Made by a program: the position numbers and the translations under genes
DNA from: Cyanophora paradoxa CCMP329
Lineage: Eukaryota > Plantae > Glaucophyta
DNA length: 64,000 nucleotides
Assembly (NCBI GenBank): GCA_004431415.1
Contig: QPMI01000202.1
Span: forward strand, 61,757 to 125,756
Reading direction: 5' to 3'
Part shown: in pieces, positions 47,244 to 59,281 of the stretch
Layout: each line of letters begins with the position of its first letter
How positions within the stretch are numbered: the first letter of the stretch is position 1
Notes under the pieces: generated by a model
Database searches by the model: none
The model's input: the letters and a program-made list of their open reading frames with translations, nothing else
What the model was told of the DNA's origin: nothing

Positions 47244-50200
47244 CTACGCGTCGGCGGGGCGCAGGGCGAGGAGGAGGGCGGAGAGGGGCGCGAGCTGGAC
47301 GGAGGCGGCCCCGGGGCCCGGCTCGCCCTTTGCCTCGGGCCCCGAGCCGCCGAAGCGGGCCTCCTCGGACGAGAGGAGGGGGCGCCACGCGGCCCCCGCC
47401 GCGGCCGGCGGGAGGGGCACCGAGACCGCCGCCTCCCCCGCCCGCTCCGGGGGGCCCAGGTGCACCGCGCAGAAGACCGACCTGCGCGTCGTCGGCCGCG
47501 GCCCGGCGGGCGCGCAGCTTGAGGGCTAATGCGGCAGCGCACCCGACGGGAGCGGGCCCGACGGCCTCGCCGCCGGCGGGGCGGCGGAGGAGGGTCACCA
47601 CCTGCGCCCCGGCCCCTAAACAAGAGGGAGAAGGCCCGGGAGGTGGCGCCCGCACCCAATCGCCCGCGCAGCCGGCAGAGGCGAGGGCGCGTGCGGGGGC
47701 GCCCAGCGCCGGCTCGGCCCGCCGCAGCGCGAGCAGCTCCTGCTCCGCGAAGATTAGAGCCAGGGAGGCGGATGGGAGAGGGGGCGGGCGGACGCGGTGG
47801 AGGGCGAGCGTGGCGGCGTGCGGCCCGCCGCCGGCCTCCGCCTCGGCCCAGTCGAGCTGCGGGCGGGGCGGCGGCTCAGCTAGGTGCGAGCGGAGCCGGG
47901 GCGGGCGGGCCTTGCTGATGGCGAAGGTGCGGGGGTCGTTCGGGTCGGGGATCTTGGAGAGGTCCTCCCATCCTGCCCGCGTTCGGCTCCAGGCTGGGCG
48001 GGAGGGAGGGGAGGGGAGGGCGGGGCGGGGCGGGGCGGGGCGGACCCGGCTGCCCGGCGTGCTCGCGCTGGCGCCCGGCGCCGATGGAGCGCCCAAGGTC
48101 GCCGGCGTGGTCCGTGAAGAAGAGGAAGGGGGCGGAGGCGGCCCACTCCTGCCCCTGGAAGAGCAGCGGCACCTGCGGGCACGCCAGCAGCAGCGCCGCC
48201 GCCGCCCGCAGCGCCCGCGCCCCGCCCGGCGCCCACTGCTGCAGCCTGCGCGCCGCTCGGCGAGAGATGGGGTGCGAGCGGAGAGGGGGGAAGAAGGGGA
48301 CCGGTCGCCCTGGGCGCGGTTGCCGACGCGGTCGTGGTTCTCCACGAAGAAGACGGAGGAGCGGGCGTCCGGGAGGAGGGCCACGGGGCCCCGGCCCCAC
48401 CACGGCTCCCCTGCCCAGGCGTCGGCGCAGGGGGCGCAGGGGGCGCGCGCGGGGCCCGGCCGCACGCCGGTGGAGCATGCCAGAGGCGATGCACTCGGCG
48501 AGCTGCGCTCCGCTCGGCCGGGGGCCGGCGCGAGGGGAGGGAGGGGGGAGGCTTGCCTGCGGGGCGCGGTACTCCCCGAAGCGGGCGTCCCCCAGCATCG
48601 AGCGCAGCTGCGCGGCGCGCCCGGCGCGTCGGCGGCAGGCAGGCGCCAGAGGCTGAGCGCGAGGCTCGGGTGCGACTCGCACCACGTGGCAGAAGTCGTC
48701 GATCCAGCCCGCGTCGCAGCCGGCGCCTCCAAGCGACCTGCGGGGGAGGGGAGTTGGGAGGGGTGCGCGTGGGGGCGGGGCCGGGGCGGGGACGGGGCGG
48801 GGGGCCGGGGCGGGGACGGGGCGGGCCTCGGGGCGTAGAGGGCCGGCCAGTTGCGCCCGTCCTCCAGGATCACGAGCACTGCGGCCGTTGAAGTCAGGGG
48901 CGTGTACGCGGGCAGGCGGGCGAGGAGGCTCGGGCGCGGCGGCCGGCGAGGCGGGGCGCGCCGTCCTTGTCGAGGGCGCGGCGCCCCGCGTCCTTCACGA
49001 TCGCTGTGATCTCCTGCGCGGGGCGTGGGCGGCGCCGCGCCGCGCTGGGGAGCGGAGGAGCGCGCGGGCCTCGAGGGCGTGCGGGCGCGAGTCGTCGAAC
49101 ATGCCTGCGCGGGGCGTGGGCCGAGGGCGCACGCGGAGGGCGGCGCGGGGGTACAGTGGGAAGCGTCCACGCGGAGGCCGTCGAAGTGGTACTCCAGCAC
49201 CCACTGCCGCCCGGCGGGGCCGGCGTGAGGGGGCGGCGGCGGGACGGTCGAGCGGGGGGCGGTGCGCGCGCGCCGACCTGCAGCACGACCTCCGTGGCGA
49301 CCCAGCGCAGGTCGCTCCCTGCGCCCGGGAGTTGACGAGTGGAGGAACGACACGGGGCGGTATGTGCTAGAAAGGCGAAAAGGGGTACCGTAGTCGAGCG
49401 CGGCGCCCTGGAGGACAGACGGATCAGAGCGGAGAGCGGGGAGGCCGAGGCCTAGGGTGGAGGGCCGGGGGCGCCTGCGCACCCACTCGATGGACTTGCC
49501 GCGCGCCTTGTACCGATGTGCTGCAGGTGGCGGGACGGGGGCTCGCGAGGAGAGCCGGGCGGGGTCGTGGCGGGGCGTGGCGCGCACCGAAGCGGGGCAG
49601 GTAATCGCCCTCGGGACCTGTCGTACACGCCGTCTTAAGATACGAGAGCGGGTGGACGTGCAGTGGCCAGGCGCTAGAGAGCACGAGGGAGAGCTCGGGG
49701 GTCGGGATCTAGAGAGGCGGCGGCGGAGCGAGGGGGCGACGCGGACGAGCCATCTAGGCCTCAACGATCGCTAGCACACACCCCCGCGGAGACGAGGCAC
49801 GGTGCTTGACCGGAGGAGGCGAGCATTAGAGGCGAGCATGTGGTACTCGCGCACCCCTGCGGCGGGGGCTTGAGCATGTTGATCAAAAATAGAACAAACA
49901 AAATACGTGCATGTGATTCAGAACCACGTCCAGAACGACGCTGAGCCCGAGCCTGCCGCGCCGCTCGGCTCCGGGAGGGAGTGCGGGAGCCGGCGGGGCG
50001 GGGCGGACCGGTGCGCCTCGCGGACGAAGGCGCGCAGGTCGTCGGGCGTCCCGTAGCTCCGCGCGGGGGCGCACCAGAAGGTCCCGTCTGCGGGGCTCGG
50101 TCGGCGCTCGGCGGATCGGGAGGGGCGCGGCGCGCACCGTAGCCCCAGTTGCGGTCGCCGGGGAACTGGTTGACGGGCATGAGCTCCACGGCCGCCGCCC

Positions 50201-51095
50201 CCAGCTCCGCCACGTGCCGCAGCCGCGCAGCCGCCCCCGCGAACGTCCCCTGCGTCCGCCGGCCGCCACGTCTTCCCGCGTCGAGGTGCAGGCCGGGCGG
50301 GGCGGCGGGCGGGGCGCGCCTCCGGGGAGAAGGTCCCGACGTGGATCTCGTAGACGCCGCCCGGCGCGACGGAGTCGAGGGTCGCCCCGCGCCACGCGCG
50401 CTCCTCGGGGCCCCACTCGAAGGCCGCCCCGTCCACGACCTGCCGGCGCCGACGGTGAGGGCGCGACACGCAAAGGAGCGCAAAGGCGTGCCTGCGATGC
50501 GCCGTGGACCCCGTCGGGCTGGAACCGCGAGAGCGGGTCCGGGACGGGCTGCGCGCCGGCGCCGGGGGCCACGCGGTACCGCCCGCCGGCGCGCAGTCCG
50601 CGAACGAAGCCCTCGTGGAACTGGCCGCTCTCCGATCGAACCAGCGCGTGCCGCGCCCCGCCGCTTGTGGCGCCCGGTTCTGCTGCTTCCTCGACCTGTG
50701 TGGGAGTTCAGGACAACAAGATTGAGAAGATGAGGTTAACGGGACGAGTGGAGGACGCGGGGGCGGGCAGCGGGAGATCGAGTACGAAGGGACAAGCGCC
50801 GGTGAGCGGCAGGAGCGGCGCACGATTTCGATGGAATCGCAATCAGGGGCCCAGAGGCGAAAGAACGTCCCGTCGTCACGGACGCGCGCTCCGAGGAATT
50901 GCTCAAACTCGCCCGCCTTCTCTGCGACGGGCTCGTTGGCATGCGTACGTGCGTATACGTGCGCGCGCGCGCACCGATGCCGCCGCCGCGCCAGGCCGCC
51001 CAAGTCCGGAACTGCTTGCAGTGAAGCACCGACGTCGGGAGCTTACGATCCTGCTGCGTTGGCGCGTGGCCTTGAACTCCTTGCTCGTTGCCCAT
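47244..51095 (-). CDS. treZ: Malto-oligosyltrehalose trehalohydrolase (GH13, TreZ-like), intron-rich
   Basis: [126 protein letters not shown]. Confidence 0.93.
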
Positions 51096-51238
51096 CGTTC
51101 GAATTCGAATTCGCTGCTCTTTTCGAACAGGTACGCTCAGGGCTTCAGTACCCCTCCGTTCATCGCTTCTGTACCCCTTCCATTGTCGCGGGAGCTGCGT
51201 CCAGGCTCACCTGGCCGGTGCGAAGGACGCGCGGTGTG

Positions 51239-53845
51239 ATGGCAAGCGCGAACAAGAAGGACGGATGGAGCTTCTTTGGAATGTTCAAGAAGAAACACCC
51301 GGATAGTGGCCCGGGGGACGTGCACAGCACGCCCGCGACGAGCCGCACGACCAGCCACGTCCCGCATTCGTCCCGCGGCGCCCTAGGCACCCCCGGCTCC
51401 ACGTCACAGCTGTCGAATTCCCCCGGCGCCGTCGCGTTCGCTGGAGGATTAGCGACATCGACCGCGGGCATCGCGAGCGAGTTCGTAAATCAGGGTCAGA
51501 GCACGATTGCCGGAGCTCCAAGTGCGGCCGCCAGTGCCGTGACGAGCAAGGTGCGCGGCCGTGCGCCAAGCGTCCTTTGCCTCGTGGGGGCCGACTCGCC
51601 CGTTGAACAGGTCACGTCCGAGCTCGAAGAGATGAAGAAGATGCTGGCTGATCTCAAGGGGGAACGCTTCAGAGAGCTAACAACCGAACGGGTGCGCGGT
51701 GCAGCGCAGTCGCCGGCTGATCATGAACGCCGGGCCTCACGGGGCGTGCCTGCGCAGGACGCGGCGGCACGGCAGCGAGACGAGGTGCAGAGGGACCTGC
51801 GGGCGGCGCTGGACTCGTTCGCCCGCGCGCGGAGCGACCTCGAGGAGAAGCAGGCGGCCGCCGTCGAGGCCGCCACCGCCCACCAGGGTCCGCGCCCCGC
51901 CCCGCCGCAACCGCCCGCGCGCCATCTAAGCCGACGGCGCGGCAGCGGCGACGATCCAGTCGCTGCGGGCGGAGCTGGCGGCGGCGCGGGCGGAGGCCGA
52001 GCTGGGGCGGGACGAGGGCGGGCGGCAGGCCCGCGGGCTCGCCCCCGACCCCGAGGAGCTCTCCGAGGCGCGCCCGCCGCCCCGCCCCGCCCCGCCACAC
52101 GCCACGCTACGCCGTGCGACGCGTCGGGCGGGGCGCAGCTGCGGGAGCGGATCGCGGGGCTCGAGGCATCGCTCGCCGAGGCGGAGGCCGGCGCCGAGGA
52201 GGCCCGCCGCAGGGTCCGCCGGCCCCCGCCCCCGCAGGCGGCTGCACGGGCGAGGCGGCGGGGGCGGGCGCAGGCGGAGCGGGCGGAGGAGCGGCTGGCG
52301 GGGCACGAGGCGGCCCTCGAGGCGGCCCGCCGCGAGGCCGACGAGCTACGCGCCGAGCTCGCCCGCGCCGTGCCCCGCCCCGCCCCGCCCCGCCCCGCCC
52401 CGCCCCGCCCCGCCTCACCGCCCCCCCGCACACAGCGCGCGCACGCGCACACGCAGGTCGCTGCGGCCGCGGCCCCCGCGCATCCCCGCCACCACCCCGA
52501 GGAGCACGCTGCCGGCTGGCAGCCGCCGGCCGAGGCGGACGCGCAGGCGCCGCATGCGGCGGCGGCCCTGCACGCGGTGCACGCGGCGCCGTCGGTGGGG
52601 CCGAGCGGGACGGGGCGGACGACGGGTCGGAGGAGGCGGCCTCGACGCCGCGCAGCAGCGCGGGGAGCGACGCCGACAGCGAGCGCTCCTCCGCCCGCGG
52701 CTCCCGCCCCGCCTTCGTCCTCCCCTCCCCGGCCCTCGCCCCGGCCCCGGCCCTGGCCCCGTCTCGCCCCCGCCCGCCCCGTCCCGGTCCCGCCCGCCCG
52801 GCGGCCGCGGCCCCGGGGCGCTTGAAGGGACGGGCAAGCCGGGAGAGGAGGAAGAGGCGGAAGGGACAGCGCGTCCGAGGTCTCGTTCGCCTCGTCGGAG
52901 GCGGCGGCGGCGGCGGCCGAGATGGACGGCGGGGCCGGAGGCGGCGAGCGCGTCGCCCGCGCCCAGGAGCGCACCGCCACCTCCTCCCGCACCTCCTCCG
53001 CCCCGGTCTCCCCCGCCCGGGCCGCCCCCGCCCCGCCCCCGCCCCGCCCGCCATCCCCTCCTGGTCCCTCCCCGGCGACCCGCCCCCGGCCCAGGCGGCC
53101 CCCTGGGGCCTCCCCGCCGCCGCCTCCGACGCCTCGGCTGCCGCCCCGCCGGCTCTGCCCCGCGCGAGTGGGCCTCCCCGGAGCCGGCCCCGGCGGTGCC
53201 GGCACCGGTGCCGGCGGCGGGGGCCGGGGCCGGGGAGGCGGGAAGGCGCCGTCGCCGCCGCCTCCGTTCGCGACGGCGACGCCGATGCCGGACTTCCCCT
53301 TTCTCCGCACTGGCTCCTTCTCCACCCCGCCGCCCCTGCCCCGCGCGAGCCCTCCCCGCCCCCGCAGCCGGCCCTCCCCGCCCCCGCCCCCGCCCCTCGG
53401 CCCCCGCCCCGCGCGTCGAGGCGCTGGAGGCGATCTTCGGGGCGCCCGAGCGGACGGCGTCGGGCGGGACGAGGGCGCCGGCAGCGAGAGCGGCGACAGC
53501 TTCGTCGAGCCGCCCTGGGGCGGCCCCGCCGCCGCGCAGCAGTCCGCCGCCGGGCCGGGGCCGGGGGGCTGGAGAGGGGGCGGGGAGGGGGCGGGGGAGG
53601 CGATGGAGGCGGAGCCGGCGCGGGCGGCCTCGCCGTGGAACTGGCAGGCCATCCAGGCCACCTCGCCCTCCGCGGGCGGCCCCCACGCCCCCGCCGACCC
53701 CGCCCCGGCCCCGGACGCCGCCGCGGGGACGGGGGCCCTCTGGCCGCCCCACAGCCCCAGCGGCCACCCCGGACCCGTGGCGACGCCCGCCGCCGCCGCC
53801 GAGGCGCCGAAGGCCGACTCGATCTGGACCGATCTGCTTCCCTGA
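51239..53845 (+). CDS. Hypothetical coiled-coil and low-complexity protein
   Basis: MASANKKDGWSFFGMFKKK, heptad-rich exons and a Pro/Ala/Ser-rich tail ending DSIWTDLLP*. Confidence 0.6.
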
Positions 53846-54514
53846 TCCGATGGCCAGGGCGGCCGGGCAGGAACCGCGCCTTCACGCCTTGTCGGTATTT
53901 ATTTCCAGTCGGGAGGGTCATGGACGGGATCTGGCAGCATCTGCGTGGGGTGTAGCTATTCGAACCTATGTGAGCGTCAGCGTAGCATAGGGCAGTGTAT
54001 GGCTGCCAAATAAAGGCAGCCTTGCTTACGCACATAAGTACAAAGTGAGGTCATGGCTCGCTCGCTGTTCGTGGGCCCCTCTGTTCGTGCCATACAGATC
54101 TAGAGCAGCCAGCGCGCCTGCAGCCGCTGAGCTGGCGGGTTGAGCTAGCTCAGCCCTGGCAGCGGCTATAGGGCCGCCGGGCGTCGGAGCCTTTCGGAGG
54201 GCGACTTGGGGCAGGGGGACTGTGACGTTGCCTCGTTGACGCTACGAGTTGATTTGCCCCCGGCAGCTATAGCCGCTGAGCCCTCGGAGCTACATGTACA
54301 GTGTCGATCACGATGTCGCAGAAGCTCAAGGGGTCCAGCCGCCGCCCGTGCATACACATGATCGCCCTCGCAACCGGTACCTCGGCGCCGGCGCCTACTA
54401 GGCTAGCTGGCGATTATCGGATCTCGACAACCTTGAAATAAAAGCGAGAACACTAGTACAGTGGTGGTACAGGGCGTTTGTACAGGCCCCCGGTGGCGGG
54501 GCCAAGGGGGCGCT

Positions 54515-57500
54515 TCATGGGCGGGGCGGGGGTGCCGGGCCCGGGGGCTCGTGCGCGTGCTCGGGCTCGGGCTCCGGGGCGAGGAGCTCGAGGTAGGCCT
54601 CGCAGCGGCCGGCGACGAGCTCCGCGTGCCGCCCCGCCCCCGCCAGCCGGCCCCCGCTGCCCCCGCCGCATCGTGAGGAGCGGGGGGCGAGAGGGGCGGG
54701 GGCGGGGCACCGGAGGACGAAGATGGCGTCGGCGTGGCGGACGGAGGGGATGTCGTGGGAGACGAGCAGCAGCGCGAGGCGCCGCTCCCGCGCGTGCCGC
54801 AGTAGCGCCGGCATCACCACTGCCGCCCCCCCGCCTCGGCGGCGCACGGCGGGACGGCGGGGGCGGGGGCGGGGGGCGCACCGCGAGCGCGCTTGGCGGG
54901 GTCCATCTGGGAGAAGGCCTCGTCGAGGATCAGCAGCCCGGCGTTCTTCCGCAGGTACGCTGCCCGCGCCGCGCGGTCGAACGCGAGGCTGGCGGGCCGG
55001 GGGCGATGGCGAGGGGAGGGGGGCGCACCGCGGGCGAGGGCGATGCTCTGGGCGAAGCCGCCGGAGATGTTGGCCCCGCGGGCGGCCACGGGGCGTCCAG
55101 CGCGTCGTGGTGCGGGTGCGGCGGCAGGCCGGCCGGCCGCACCAGCGAGGGCGCCGGGGCCGCCCCTCCCACTCCCCCGGGTCGTGGAAGAACGACGCCA
55201 CCGCCGCCGCCGCCCGCCGCAGCAGGCCCGCCCGCCTCCCCGGCCCGTCCGCCGCCGTCGCCGGCGCGGGGTCGGCGGGAGGGGGGAAGGGTCGCGCGGG
55301 GCGGGGCGGGCGGGTGGAGGGGCCGGGGCGGTGGGGCTCGGGTGCGCGGCGGGGTGCGGCCGCTCGCCCTCGCGCCGGAGGGCGAGGGCGCGCAGGAAGG
55401 TGCGCCGGCTCCGCCGCGCCGGCCCCGGCGCCGCGCCCGCCGGCCGCAGCGGCGTCGGCGGCCGGTACTCGTACGCCTCGCCGGCGGCGGCCTCCTCCGG
55501 GCCCGGCTCGGGCGGGAAGGCCGGGCAGGAGCGGGAGCGCCGGGGCGGCGGCGGGAGCGGGGAAGGGGCGACCCGCGCGGGCGGGGCGGGGCGGGGCGGG
55601 GAGGGCGGGGAGGGAGGCGGGGCGGGGTACGGGGAGGAGGCCCTGGAGCCCCTGGGCGGAGGCGGGGCGGGAGAGGGCGGGGCGCCCGGGGGCGAAGCGG
55701 GGCGAGCTGCGAGGGGCCACGTGGGCGGCCGCGGGGGCTGGCGCGCGGCGGCGGCGGCGGCGGCGGCGGGCGCCGGGGCGGGGGGACGATGCGGTCGAGG
55801 AGGGCGGAGACGGCGGCGTCGAGGGCCCGCCCCGGCCGCGTCAGCTCCGAGACCTGCGCCGGCCCGCAGCGGTGGTTGGGAGCGGGCGGGGGACGGGCGG
55901 GCGGGGGGCGGGCACGGCGTCGGCCTCCTCCTCCTCCTCCGAGAGCATGTCGTCCTCCGGGGGCACCCCCGCCCCGCCCGGCGCCCGTCCCCGCGCAGCG
56001 CCGCCACCGGCGCCAGCCGCGGCGCCGTCGCCCCGTGCCCCGCGCTCCCTGGCGCCCGCGGCGGCTCCTCGGGCAGAAGCAGGTCCACCGCGCTCGACTC
56101 GCGGCTCGGCGCCGCCGCGCTGCTCGCCCCGCCGCTCGGCCCTGCCCGGGCCCCGCGTCGCCGTCCCGCGCGGCGAGAACGCCGGCCATGCGGGCGGCCT
56201 CGAGCACTGCGGTCGGAGCGTTGAGCGAGGGCGGGGGCGGGCGGGGGCGGGCGGGGCGGGGGGCGCGCCCTCCTCGTGGGTGGCGGCGGGGTCGCCGACG
56301 AGGATGTTGTCGCGCACGGTGCCGGGGAAGAGGTACGGCCGCTGGCTCACGTACACCACCGCCCCCCGCACCCCCTCCCGCCCCGCCTCCCCGAACCCCA
56401 CCCGCCCCTCGGGGGCGCCCGGCGGGCCCCGCTCGAAGTGGAGGGAGCCGGCGGCGGGGGCGTAGAGGCCGGAGAGGAGGGCGCAGAGGGTCGACTTGCC
56501 CGAGCGGTTGCGCCCGACGAGGGCGTAGGCGCGCCCGCGCTCGAGCACGACCTGCGCCCCCCTGAGCAGGGGCGAGCGCGGCGGAGCAGAATCGGGCCGC
56601 CGGGTGCACCTCGCCGTCCCCGAGGTCCAGGGCGACCTCGCGGGGCGGCTCGTCGCCCCCCGCCGGCCCCTCCTCCCCCTCCCCCTCCCCCTCCCGCTTG
56701 GCCGCCGGCGCCTCGTAGGCGAAGCGGGCGCCGCGGACGACGATGCGGTCGAAGGCGACCGGGGGCGGCGCGGGGGCGGCCCCGGGGGGCGGGAGGGCCT
56801 CCCCGGCCCCGAAGAAGCCGGCCGCGCGCATCAGGTCCCGCAGGCGGCCCTGCCCGAGCGAGCGGGGCGTGAGGGGAGGCGAAGGCGGGAGGCGAGTGGG
56901 CGGGGACCTGGTTGGCGAGGACGCGGCGGGCGCTCTGGGCGAGGGCCCACGCGTGCCGCGCCAGCTGCCTGCCGCCCCGCCCCTCAGCGCCGCAGGGGCC
57001 GCCGGCAGGAGGGGCGCACAGGAGGTGGTCGACGTCGATCTGGACGCGCTGGTACTGCTCGTGGCTGACGCCGCGGCGGCGCATGACGGCGCCGGCGACG
57101 GCGACCTCGGAGACGAGGTCGGCGAGGTTGCGGGCGCCCAGCGCCGCCCCGAGCCGCGAGAGCGCGCTCGCCGGCCCGTGCAGCGCCTCCAGCTCCTCCT
57201 CCGCCAGCCGGTCCAGGATCGACAGCTGCGCCGCCTGCCCCCGCCTCGCCAGGGGCGGCGCGGGGGGAGGGAGGAGAGGGGGGGGGGGGGGGGGGGGGCG
57301 GGGGGGGGGGGAAGCGCGGGGGCGCAGGGCGCGCGCCTGCATGCCGTTGAGCTGGATCTCGGGAGGCCCTCGAGGGCGCACGCGACGAGCCGCGAGAGAG
57401 CCTCCGCGTTGCCCCGCGCGCTCGCCAGCTGCGCGCCCGCGGCCCGCGGCTCACGCCACGCCACGCGCCGCCCCCGCCGGGCGGCGCCGCACCTGCTTGA

Positions 57501-58669
57501 CGTCGAACATGCGGTACTTGCACCAGCCCGCGAGCCGCGCCAGCAGGCCGACGACTGCGCGCGCCCGAAGGCTCAGCGGGGCGGGGCCCGGGGAGAGGGG
57601 CGCGCGCCGGCGGGGCGGAGGACGGCGAGGGCGTCGATGTGGGCGCTGCGCTCCGCGAGCAGCTCCGCCGAGTCCCGCAGCATCGTGTAGAGCAGGCCCG
57701 CCAGCGCCGGCAGCGTGTAGTTCACCAGCTGGATGCTGCTGTTCTGCGCGCCCCGCGGCGTCGGCGTCGGCGGGCGAGAGGGCGCGAGGCCGGCGCTGCG
57801 CTGCTCTGCTGCTCTTGGTGCGCACGATGTCGGACATTAAACGGAGCTGGCAGGGACCGGCCCGGCGGTTGCTGGCATTAGTCACTGGGTGACTGAGATC
57901 TAGGTTGTGCATGATTGTGCACCTCGAGCTCATTTGTCCTTACGCGGCTGAAGGCGGCTGAATTGCTGTGCAGAATCCGATGAAAAACCAAGCGCTTGAT
58001 GGCCAGGCGGTTGGCGAGCGCCGCCCGGTTGCGCAGCGACGAGTCCAAAACTTGGAGAAACGCCGAGAGGGAGGAGAGGAGGCAGTAACCGCTGAGGAGG
58101 CCGGCGTCCACTGGCAGATTCTGCACGAGCCCATGCTGGATCTTGTTGCGCCGCTCCCGCAGCTTCGTCGCTATCTGCGGGGAATGCCGTTCGGGGCCAG
58201 CTGCGGGAGCGCCGCAACGAGCCAACCTTGCGGCGACTCAACCACCATGGACCTGGCATTTCATTCAGCGTTTTTTAAAACAGTAAGAAAATTCTTTCGA
58301 GCTCACCTAGGGTTTCAAATAGCAAGGGCAACGCGTAGTTCTGCCTGGGCGCGTCATGACCGCGCGCGGCGGTACGTACTGAGTACATGGGCGCTACGCA
58401 CCGAGGTCACAGACAGCCAGAGGAGCTTACGGCGCTCGCGCCAGAGGTATCTGAACCAGTGGATTGAAGCCCAAAGCCAGCGGCCGATGCGCGCGTATGC
58501 ACCTGTAGAAGACCAGGATGGGCGCATCGTCGAGCGCTTGTCTCACTGCCGCAGTGATGCTGAGGCGGATACTCTCGGGCTTGCGGGGCGCTGCAAAAGC
58601 CGATCGGAGTGCCGGCGATGCCGGTGGAGGTCGATCGCACGGCGGCGCCGCAGCCAAAATGCTGCTCAT
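54515..58669 (-). CDS. Divergent ABC half transporter (TMD-NBD) with a large insertion in the NBD
   Basis: Walker A GRNRSGKST, Q-loop YVSQRPYLFPGTVRDNI, signature ISGGFAQSIALAR, Walker B LLILDEAFSQMD, H-loop VSHD. Start uncertain. Confidence 0.8.
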
Positions 58670-59281
58670 CGGGCGCGCATCTCTGGTGGCGGAAGATGGC
58701 GGCAGGGCAGCGAGGCGCCGAGGCGGCGAGGCCGCTTGGGGGGGTATCGCCAATAGAGCGGAAGGGGGGTACTGAAGTAATCCAGGCATACATGCAGGGG
58801 CTGAAGCGTCAGAGGCAGTTTATCGATATCCCCCCGATCGCGACTCCGCGTCGACGACTCGGCGGCGAGGGATAAGTCGATCCGGACGTCGACAGCGGGG
58901 CCTGAGCGGGCCCGCATGCGCGCGCGCGGTGCACTGCGCACGCATGCGGCGGCTACCGGTTTGCGACGTCGACACTCTCAGAGTCTGTGCATGCAGCTAC
59001 CCAGTGGATCCGGCGGATGCGCGCAAACTTGAAAGTCGGCAGCTGACAGCTAAGCAGTCTGTCACCTGCACTGTTGACAGTCGAAAGCTTTAGGGAAGCA
59101 AAAAGCAGCAAGCTTTCCCAGAAGTTCCGACTCCCGCGGGCGCAGCGCGCGCGCACGCTCGGCGTAACGGCCGCAGCGCGCACACGCTCGGCGTTCGGGC
59201 GGCCTGCTGCCAGGGTGCTGGTGGCGTTCAGGGAGCTGCGGGAGGCTCTGGTGGCACGTCGTTCCCGCAAGCCCACTCGCC

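Noticed and set aside
57276-57312. Long G homopolymer runs (also the C run near 38513-38532)
   Set aside because: These are intronic C-rich tracts on the coding strand, part of the general intron pattern, and their lengths are unreliable.
47170-57464. Very long Arg/Pro/Gly/Ala-rich ORFs in the ORF track (600-860 aa)
   Set aside because: These are stop-poor shadow frames caused by extreme GC content, reading through introns or antisense to real genes.
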